A stretch of DNA of 63,893 nucleotides, filler included, from Ionaspis alba (Eukaryota): NCBI GenBank assembly GCA_964255285.1. It is 4 parts of 4 records of this genome, joined end to end, with 100 filler letters (N's around TTAATTAATTAA, not from the genome) between each part and the next. Parts side by side here need not be neighbours in the genome. Positions count along the whole stretch, not along the records: positions 1 to 15,931 come from CAXUUL010000358.1; positions 16,032 to 31,939 come from CAXUUL010000359.1; 2 more parts are not named here. The stretch is one strand, 5' to 3'. How positions within the stretch are numbered: the stretch's first letter is position 1; the number at the start of each line of letters is the position of its first letter. Of the stretch, positions 13,252 to 22,561 are shown piece after piece. Below the pieces are notes generated by a model. It worked only from the letters and a program-made list of their open reading frames with translations, was not told the origin of the DNA and made no database searches. Made by a program: the position numbers and the translations under genes.

Positions 13252-14044
13252 GCTGCGGCGCTTACCTGATGAGATCACGATATTACATAAAAAGCGTCGA
13301 CACCTATTTGAAGTAGAGTTACAGAACTGGAAAAGACTCATTGCACATCTACAGCCGTTTACACATAGATTTCACAGCCGAAATTATTTTCCGGATGCGT
13401 GCATGCATTATGCAACCCTAATGTCCAAAAGCCGACATAATATACCGGAGGCTTGACCTGTGTTACGCCTCAACTTCTTCGGTCCCTCATGCTGAAATTC
13501 TAGAGAATACAAATCAGTTACACCAAAATCCACATGGCACCTTGTGTATCTCCATTGCTGCAAAGCGTTGCGTCCACCACCTTCCCGGTCAGCATACCGA
13601 ATCCTGCTCCTTCACCGCGCTGATAAGCAGGTCGCCGGGCGGACAAGGTTTAGCCCTTAGCTCTCTTCTTGGCGCTATCAACCGGCCGCCCTGCCTTGCG
13701 CTAAGCTGGTCCCAGGCTTCTCCCTAGCACGACGGGTATCGTTGACCTTTTACTCTATCCCTGTCGTCCAATCCGCGACTTGCGGCCGGCTCTGGTGGAA
13801 GCTGGAATCAAGCATGACGGCACTGGCCTTGCGAGATGTGCTGCACGCGGCAGGGAGGGTTATGTAACGAGATCTGGGGCGGCATGGTCATTGGGTACTG
13901 CTGGCTCCAAGGCGGTTCTCGAGCTGGGCAATGAATAATGGCTTCAAAAGCTGCTGGTGGAGCTCTTGAATTCTTTTCCCATCGTTGCTCGTCTTGCTAC
14001 ACTTGCAATTGTGCTGGAGATTCGTATAGCAGCTGCAATTGAAA

Positions 14045-15653
14045 ATGTTATTCACTACATTCACAGTGGCCAGCTTTGCTGCCGTGGTGCTCGCACACGC
14101 GGGGCATGAAGAGCAGAAGCCAATTGCGGGGCCGCATAAAAGTCTTTGGTATAATGCTTTGCCTGGAGATGGGGGGACTCAGGTATGCTATTCAATGCGT
14201 GAGGCATCAAGGAGAGCATTATGCTGACACGTATAGGCGGACTCGGTTTTCTCTGGTATATCGACATTTGGCCGGTTGCCTTACTTTCCTTGCTTAGCAA
14301 GTGACGAAGAGAAATACGACATTGCATTCATTGGTAAGCTAGGAGTCTGTGGGCATCCAATTGCTATTGAAGAATTGAAGATGTGCAATCGAGCATTGCT
14401 GATGCCAACGGTACCTAGGTGCTCCATTTGACACCGGCACTTCCTACCGTCCTGGAGCTCGGTTTGGACCTAATGGTATCCGGCAAGGTAGCCGCCGTCT
14501 CAATCTATAGTACGTAATGTTCAGACACTGGCTTACATCTGTTTGGAAATTTCAAGGCTCACGCAAGGTCCGATTCAGTGGCGGCTACAATGTCCCTCTC
14601 GATGCGAATCCCTTCAACAGCTGGGCCACCGTGTTGGACTGTGGAGATATCCCAGTGACTTCGTGAGTCGATGTGGAAAATGCTGTTGAAGCTTATCCCA
14701 CTCACTCAAATATAGGTACGACAATGCATTTGCCATTCAGCAGATCGAAGATGGCCACAGCAGCATCTTGTCAAGGGCACCTGCAACCAATGCCGACAAG
14801 AAGGGACCATCGATCAAGGGCAAGACTCTCCCGAGAGTGATCACTCTGGGCGGTGACCATACTATCACTCTGCCACTACTTCGAAGCGTCGTCAGTGCTT
14901 ATGGGCCCATCAGCGTCATTCACTTCGACTCTCATCTGTGAGCTCCCCATCTGCTTTGTTCATTGACGACCGTTGATTCCTTGCTCCAGCGACACGTGGA
15001 AACCTAAGGTCTTTGGCGGCGCTCCTTCAAAACAAGCGTCCATCAATCACGGTACCTACTTCTACCACGCCCACGAAGAAGGTCTCCTTGCCAACGACTC
15101 CAATATCCATGCTGGTATCCGTACCACACTGTCTGGGCTCTCAGATTACGATAACGATGGCTACTGCGGCTTCGAGATTGTAGAGGCAAGGGAGATTGAT
15201 ACCATTGGTATGGCGGGCATCATCAAGAAGATCAAGGATAGAGTCGGTACTACAAAACCTGTTTATATCAGTATTGATATCGATACTCTGGATCCTGCTT
15301 GTAAGTCTTATCGCTCTTCTATTCTGCATCATTCTGCTCCGTTATCCCGTGAACCGGAATTAATTCCGCCGCCCTGAACAGTTGCACCTGCCACAGGCAC
15401 GCCAGAAACCGGCGGCTGGTCCACGCGCGAACTTCGCACCATCATTCGCGGACTCGAGGGTATTAATTTCGTTGCTGCCGACATTGTTGAGGTCGCTCCT
15501 GCTTATGATACCAATGCCGAGCATACGACTATGGCGGCTGCAGACGTATTATACGAGGTCATGACTTTGATGGTAAAGAAAGGGCCATTGAGTGCCATGA
15601 TGGAGAAGCAGGAGGAGGTCAAGAAGGTGGAGGGGACGCAGGAGAAGGCATAG
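14045..15653 (+). CDS. Agmatinase/guanidino-acid hydrolase (ureohydrolase family), multi-exon, N-terminal signal peptide
   Basis: [47 protein letters not shown](F)[21 protein letters not shown] metal-binding motifs. Confidence 0.93.
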
Positions 15654-15931
15654 GAGTCGTGAGTGGGAACTGGACGCGCGCAAAAAGGGCAAGCTTCAAG
15701 GGCGAGTAAGAGATTAAAAGCACAGAATTTGTACCAAGAATCGAACTTCATGTGGACTATATTCTGCTTGAAGTCGATGGAATTAATGCGATGAGCCAGC
15801 CCCTGTCGGTCCCTTAAACCAATCGCCATCGTCAGCTAACACCGCGCTGCTTGGTGCCCCTGATTACTAACATTCCCCACCTCGACCCGCCAAACTTCCG
15901 TGCCGACCCCTCCGGACTCCCGCGCTTTGTC

Positions 15932-16031
15932 NNNNNNNNNNNNNNNNNNNNNNNNNNNNNNNNNNNNNNNNNNNNTTAATTAATTAANNNNNNNNNNNNN
16001 NNNNNNNNNNNNNNNNNNNNNNNNNNNNNNN
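15932..16031. other. Artificial scaffold linker N44-TTAATTAATTAA-N44
   Basis: Six-frame stop spacer flanked by 44 N on each side. Confidence 0.98.
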
Positions 16032-16219
16032 CTCTGCCCTGTATTTGGAAGGGATTGCGAAAAGGCTCTTTGCTCATCACTGAAACGTGCAGCCAACGAT
16101 TTTCGATATTAGCTCAATTCAATTAATGCGAACTTCAAGAATAGAAACATCATAGTGCAGCTTTTGATATAAATATAAGCTAGGGAGGAAGCGAAGAATA
16201 TAATGAGGGCCGATTGTTC

Positions 16220-17313
16220 TTAAACACCATCTCCCTTCAACTTGACCCATCGATTTTGGAGCTCCTCAACATTATCCGCGCTCTCGGCAATTCGCTCTTG
16301 ACCAATAGCATTGGGTACAGAGCTCAACTCACCAAGTTTCAGGGCGTTGTTGTATAAATCTTCGATATTGCTCCGCACAAGCTCGAAGTTGTCTTGATCA
16401 AGTTGGCTTTGGTCGAATTTGCAGACTCCGCCATTATCCGCGTTCAATTTGACAACGTTCTCGTGATCACCTGGCAATCCAATCCGTGAACTCTCTCTTG
16501 GGACAATCTGAGAGTTAGTGCAATCAGCATGTCGACGGAGCTCTATACAACATCAAAATTAACTCACATTGTCAAAAGCGCCCCAGAACGAGACGATATC
16601 GTAATTGAGTAACTGATGCCTCCAATGTTCGTGCATGATATCCGTGAAGATGCTCCCCTCCTTCAAGGTCTCCAGCACATCATCACCATTCTGAAAACCC
16701 AAATCGTTAGCAATCTTTGCCACGACACCTCCTATTTTGACCAACACCTTATTCCCTCCATTATGCGGCGTGCCAAAAAATGCTACACCTTTAGTCGCAT
16801 TCTTGATGTGTGTATATTTTGGGTTATTATGGGCATTGATCAGGGCCTGCTTGATCAATAGCCCGCCAAGGCTGTGGCCTAGAAGGAGGAGTGGTCTGTA
16901 CTCCGCATTCTTTCTCTTCACTCTTACCGCTTCCAGGAATTCATTCGCCTTGTCGATGAAAGTGCTTCGGTCGGCTCCATAGACTGCTGTGGAACTATAC
17001 TCATAAAGAAAGATACGTGACTCGCTGACGTATTGGGGGAGGTCGTCGCGGAGCCAGAGACGCCCTTTTGGTCCGGCAGGTTTGCGCCATGTATCCCATG
17101 CATGATCCGCATCCTTCTTACTCCGAGGATTCAGACCGTGAACGGCAATGATGCTGAATAGTGTCAATGGCATCAGGTGAAAGGATATACAACCTACTCG
17201 ACTTTTGCGACATGGCTTGTTGCCCTATCGACATTGGGATCTGGATACAATTGTCTCAAAGGCTGAACGCTTGGATTAGTGGAGGCTAAATACAGCTTTG
17301 GTGAACTGACCAT
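16220..17313 (-). CDS. SesB/SERAC1-like alpha/beta-hydrolase (fungal NLR effector-type domain); introns 17154-17197 and 16508-16567
   Basis: DIIAVHGLN, WLRDDLP, RIFLYEY, RPLLLLGHSLGGLLIKQAL, FFGTPHNG, IVPRESS, xADxxxVCKF. Confidence 0.88.
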
Positions 17314-17366
17314 TGTACATGACCGCTTTTCGGTTGAGCTGAATGGCAAACAGGTGAATATATTCT

Positions 17367-17399
17367 ATATACATATATACACATATACACATATATATA
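17367..17399. repeat. (TA/CA)n microsatellite in the SesB-like gene promoter
   Basis: tatatacatatatacacatatacacatatatata. Confidence 0.7.
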
Positions 17400-17769
17400 A
17401 GCTCGTGATATTTTGGGCCAGTGTGGAAAAGACGAGGAACCTTGGGCTGTGCTATAGTTGCCTTAGACCCAGGCAGAGGAGGGGATCAACATTGATCCGT
17501 AAGCCTTCCCCCAGAAAGTTTCTGAAGTAGTTTCTGAGTCCTCGAGGCAACGTGATAGCATCTTCGGACTAGCCTTCCAATTCTGCGACTTTCGCTAGCC
17601 CACGAAGATCAACTGACTGACTCCTATCTATCTCTAGGCTACCTCCAAAAGCATTCAGAGACATGTGGGGGTGCATGAGACACACAAATGCCACTGGACA
17701 AGGAAAGCGGGAACAGATCATTACACCATTGGCACACGAGGGGCTCCTCCGATCACAATGAGTCAAATT

Positions 17770-18241
17770 TCACTCTTTCTCTGCTAAGGCAATCCCCTTC
17801 TCCTTCGCTGTCGCCCTCAACGTCGTCAAGAACTGTGCATGATCCTTCGAGCAAAGAGCCAGATCCTCCCTGGTCATCAACACGTTCAGACTATCAGCAG
17901 TGTCATTTCTGCCTAGGACTATAGGATATGATAGACTATTGTGCTTGATATAATCAACGATCTATTCCGTAGAGTCCTATTAGCCAGGACCTATACATCC
18001 ATGGAATATTGACGGGACATACTCCTTGATCTAATTCATCCCGATGGAGCTGCTGAACATCAGCTCCAATCTTCTTCTTCGTAGCCGACCATTCTGCTGA
18101 TTCCGTGAGATGTAGACCAGCATGTGTAAGATCGCATGCAGCGCAGGAAGTCGCCGGTTTGGTTAATTTATTGTAGGCATATTTGAGCTTGCCGCGGAGA
18201 GTGCTATCTGCATTGTAGATAATGTAAATGATTGGTGCCAT
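17770..18241 (-). CDS. Small CxxC hypothetical protein (136 aa); intron 17962-18022
   Basis: GTATGT...CTAAT...TAG intron gives a complete ORF with IYNADS, CAACDLTH, W, LHRDE, YPIVL. Confidence 0.82.
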
Positions 18242-18685
18242 TTTCAGATTGGTCGCTGTTTGTAGGCTAGAATGGACAATCTGGTCGTTGTTGTTGTTGC
18301 TCTGTTGTATCCCTGATCCTAGCTCTTCAGAGCTTCACGAAAAAAGAGCCTGGTGATGTTTTACATAGCGGTCAGGTATAACAAGATATAGGAAAACACA
18401 CACTTGCAAGCGCAAAGGATGATGGAGTCGCAGTCTTCTTTCTCTTTACGCCGAATCAGTAATGCAAATACTGAGCTGAGTGAGACGATTGCGTGTTTGA
18501 GTCGCAGCGGGAAGGCTTTGAACGGCTACGTCATGATATGCCTTGGCGGATAACGGGAATTCTTTAACATGATGTGTCTTTTGAACATAAGGATTCTTTT
18601 GCTGACATACGAGGAGGGATTGAGTAATATCATGGAGCTGGAAAACAGAAAACCTACGCAGAAGACTCCGGAATCTGAAGACGCG

Positions 18686-19684
18686 ATGCCATCTCGGCAT
18701 ACATCTGTTCTTTTACCTCGTCTCATCCTTGGGACTATCATCATAACAGCCATTCTTTTCCCTTCCTTGTACCAGCCCTATCTTTCTTCTCTATACGATC
18801 GTTTGTACAATTCTTCATTCTATAGATTTTCGGCATTTGAAACAATAGAAACAACTTTCTTCTATATCTTTTTTGAAGTCATCTACAATATCAAGTTTAT
18901 GCGCAACCCTGGTCGCCGCATAGACATCAGAAGCAAAAGCCGCACCACAGATGCCGGAGGTCCCACTTTACCAAAGCTGCGCTACCCCTCCGAGCGCCTC
19001 TTGGAGGCCGTCACCTACATCGTTCCTCTGCTGGCCTTGGACTTCACCATGATCAAGAAATATGCTGGAGTCCCCGTCGCAGACATCAGACTCAGCGGAG
19101 GCTACCCTGTGGCTAACACGAACGATACCACTGGAGATATCAGCAGCTCTTTCTTACTACCCACAATCCATAAGGTTTCCCTCCAGTCACCGCTGCAGCT
19201 CAACAGAGCTCTACCTCCTCTCCCACCGAGCAGTCGCCGCCTAGTTCTGGAGCTGATAATCGCCTTCTTTATCTACGACACGATCTTCTTCTTCGTTCAC
19301 CTCGCCTTCCATCGCCTCCCATTCCTCCGCCAGATCCACAAGCCGCATCACCGCCACGAGGAAATCAACCCTCAGGTCACCAATCAGCTTTCGATCGTGG
19401 AACGGTTATCGCTGATCCTGTGTGCCAATTTCTCGCTCAATATTATAGGAAGCCATGTCCTAACACGCACGGCTTTTGTCCCAATTTTCGTCTACTTGTT
19501 GATAGAAGTGCACTGCGGGATGGACCTGGATTGGAGCTATGACAAGGTGATGCCGCCTGGATGGGGTGCTGGAAGTAGGAAGCATGCCGCCCATCATCGG
19601 GAGGGTCATGGAAATTACCAGGCGTTCTTTTGTTGGTGGGATGATGGCTTTGAGGCTTTGAGAAAGAAGGGCTGGGTCCAATGA
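18686..19684 (+). CDS. Fatty acid hydroxylase/sterol desaturase superfamily protein (upstream in-frame starts also possible)
   Basis: Di-iron His boxes HLAFH, HKPHHRH, EVHCG...HAAHH; hydrophobic segments; intronless. Confidence 0.9.
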   Translation: MPSRHTSVLLPRLILGTIIITAILFPSLYQPYLSSLYDRLYNSSFYRFSAFETIETTFFYIFFEVIYNIKFMRNPGRRIDIRSKSRTTDAGGPTLPKLRYPSERLLEAVTYIVPLLALDFTMIKKYAGVPVADIRLSGGYPVANTNDTTGDISSSFLLPTIHKVSLQSPLQLNRALPPLPPSSRRLVLELIIAFFIYDTIFFFVHLAFHRLPFLRQIHKPHHRHEEINPQVTNQLSIVERLSLILCANFSLNIIGSHVLTRTAFVPIFVYLLIEVHCGMDLDWSYDKVMPPGWGAGSRKHAAHHREGHGNYQAFFCWWDDGFEALRKKGWVQ

Positions 19685-20745
19685 CCGTTGGCAAAAGATA
19701 AGCTCATGAGTATTGAAGGAAGCTTTCGGCGTATCACACGAGAACACTTAGAAACTCCTGTCATGCTTGTACAACATGCTCTGTTGTCGACGACACAAAC
19801 GAGCACTCGTGCGACGTCAATTCGGCACCCGTTTCATAAATTGAATGGAAGCTATACCACCTAGTGGCCTGGGACTCACACTCACCAACTGCAATGATGA
19901 ACTGTAGACTATCATGTGGTGGTTGAGTAGTCGCATAATGGCAGTGGCCTCGGCCGCTCGCGCATTGTATCGAATGTGGGGTTGAACTCCGCCATCGCAG
20001 TCTCACAAATTAACGGTCCTGCAGGTCCCCGGGTTTGACGTCGACGCAAGGTAACAAATTAATTAGAGTACGTGGGCAGGTGTTGGGATGTTTCCTGTGC
20101 CGCTGACGCAATCCTTATGCATTGTAAATAGCAGGAGCAATCACAAGGGTTTTACTTAGATTGGCGACAGGTCTGGGAGTGGTCCGAGCTCTCTACTCTT
20201 GACGACTTCATTCCTTCGTTTTGGTTAATTGGAGCGTAAGTCATATTCTCTTCAAACTGATCATTGTTCATTCCTCCAGCGGCGAAGAGAGACCATTGTT
20301 TGATGGCAAGACCGTAATAACAACGGGGAAGCAGCTGTACCAGTCGACATTCTGCAAGGTGGAGGTGCCCTGGCACGCTCCGCCATGATCATCCAGTCCA
20401 GGTCGACTGCACGATATTCGCTCACCGATCAATTCTTACCTGGCCGGGGTGTACTCATGTATGTATGTAGGCGACGGAATGAAAGATGTGGACAGCTATT
20501 GTGTAACCGATGTTGAGGACAACGCCTCGCTTTGACCACTGAATTATTTTGGTTCTCCCAATGCGGATGTGCTATGAGGAAGGCGCCCTTTGACAACACA
20601 CCTGGACTAGTAATTTCCTTACTTTAGATTGAAGATGTCTTCAACACCACATTCCCTTTGACACTGAGCAGTCTCTCCTTCAATATTGCCTCTGTATTGC
20701 TTTCTACATCTTCAGAGAACATCGTTATAGGCAACCTCCATCAAG

Positions 20746-21940
20746 ATGTTGTTCTACGCTGTCCCTACCCTTTCATTGCTCGTGGCCACAGTACTTGCTC
20801 GGCCAAGTACTGTTTCTTCGTTCAGACGCTCTTTGACTCCAGACAACACTTGTGGAAATATCGGAGGAGGTGCCAACAATGGCTACACCTGTGATGCGAG
20901 CCTTCCTCGAGGTGGGCCATGCTGTTCATTCGCTGGCTACTGTGGTAAGAGTAGCTCATCATCCCGTTCCGAAGAGTAACATGAGCTGAGAGTCAACAGG
21001 CAGCACGGCAGCATACTGTGGATCAGGATGCCAGCCCAGCTTTGGTACTTGTGGAACGCCTTCCAAGTCATCCTCCATGTCTGCCGCGCCCCCGAAAAGT
21101 ACTACAACTCTACCGGTCCCCGTTATCACTGTCACTCCACCCACCCCGTACAGTGCTGGACCTCCCTCCAAATCTGGATGTGTCTGGGTTGTACCTGAAG
21201 CCGGCCACTTTACACACCATCAGAAATTCGATTTCTCAGGCATGACAACTTTGCCACCAGGGTTGAACTTCGAAGGCGACTTCATCGGAGCTGGTGTTGC
21301 GAGATTCTCTCAGCAGTACACCTCCGAAAACATTGTTGTTGCCGGGGGAAATCTGCAGCTTAAGGTTCCCGGTGGACAAAGCAGCAGTCCAATTACCGGA
21401 GCGCAAGTCTTGACCTCGGATCAGGATATACTCTATGGCAGTGTCAGGACAGTGGCAATGGTCAGTAGCGTACCCGGAACATGTCATGGTAAGTCCTCAA
21501 TTTGAAAACACCCTCACGTCAATACAGAATCAAGACTGATGAGAATCAACACAGGATTCTTCTCCTACAAGAACGACAACCAAGAATCCGACATCGAGAT
21601 TCTGACTGGTGACCTCTCTTTAGTCCACTACACCAATCAAGCCTGCACGGTAGGGCAAAAGTCAACACACACTGTCGGCAATCTTCCCGTCAACGCAACA
21701 ACCACCATGCACGAATATCGTTTGGACTGGCTTCCAGGCAAAACGGTCTATTACCTTGATGGGATCAAACAAGCAGAATTAGAGTCCAACGTGCCGTCCA
21801 CAGCGAGCTCCTGGATATGGAACAATTGGAGCAATGGTGATGACGGCTGGAGTGCTGGACCACCTCAGCAGGACAATGTGTTGAAGATTGCAAAGATTGA
21901 GATGTGGTACAATCGCACGGGGAGTCGCGGAAGCTGCTGA
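20746..21940 (+). CDS. Secreted CBM18 (hevein-like) plus GH16 glycoside hydrolase; introns 20945-20999 and about 21489-21553
   Basis: Signal peptide; CG..NGYTC..CCSFAGYCGSTAAYCGSGCQPSFGTC; Pro/Thr linker; catalytic ESDIE; HEYRLDW; WNNWSNG. Confidence 0.92.
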
Positions 21941-22561
21941 GCGGCAAGTCGGCATAACAAGAGCGAGAGGACGGGTTGACGATTTTAAAAAGCAAGCCTG
22001 ATAGAAGTGCTTCGGCTCCTCCACGCGTTGGAAGGTCTCTGGCTAGACTCTTCGGATGGTCTCTGTAAATATGCAAAGCTGGTTTCTTCCTAAGCAAAGC
22101 TTTATGACCCTCCGTGATTTATGGCCGTAAAGCAAATGGGTGTAGCCTGGTGTCATCACGATGTCGGTGATAACTCTTTACCCCGACTTCCGCCTTACTC
22201 TATATTCATCTCATCTCCTGCACTCCTCAAATCAACAGATATGTTTTCCTCGTCAGACGCGCTCAACCGTGTGAGCTCGTGCAACCCCACAACGCCAATC
22301 AGTCAACCCCGCGCTTAGCGCCATCCTGCTGGACTGGCCAGATCCGGCCGAGTATCAAGCTCGTCACGATATACAGCTTACAATGCTCGCGGTGCTAAGC
22401 AGTCATCTGCCTCGAGAATCGAGAAATTGACACTTCATAGCTCATCAATTTATACCTTTCCGTTCTGAACGTCCATCCGGATTTGTCTTCCGGCACGTTA
22501 GCTGTTCCTCCCTCTATCGACCGCTGCGATGAACTAGGCCACAACTCCGACGGCTGTAGTA

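Noticed and set aside
15976..15987. TTAATTAATTAA repeated at about 16-kb intervals as a biological periodic element
   Set aside because: Embedded in symmetric N runs; an artificial six-frame stop linker
16220..16332. Amyloid signalling motif (sigma/HRAM/PP) after the SesB-like domain
   Set aside because: The tail is charged and helical, not G/N/Q-rich pseudo-repeats
20432..20460. U1 snRNA-like 5' end (TTCTTACCTGGCCGGGG)
   Set aside because: No U1-70K loop (GATCA.GAAG), no CATTGCAC loop and no Sm site downstream
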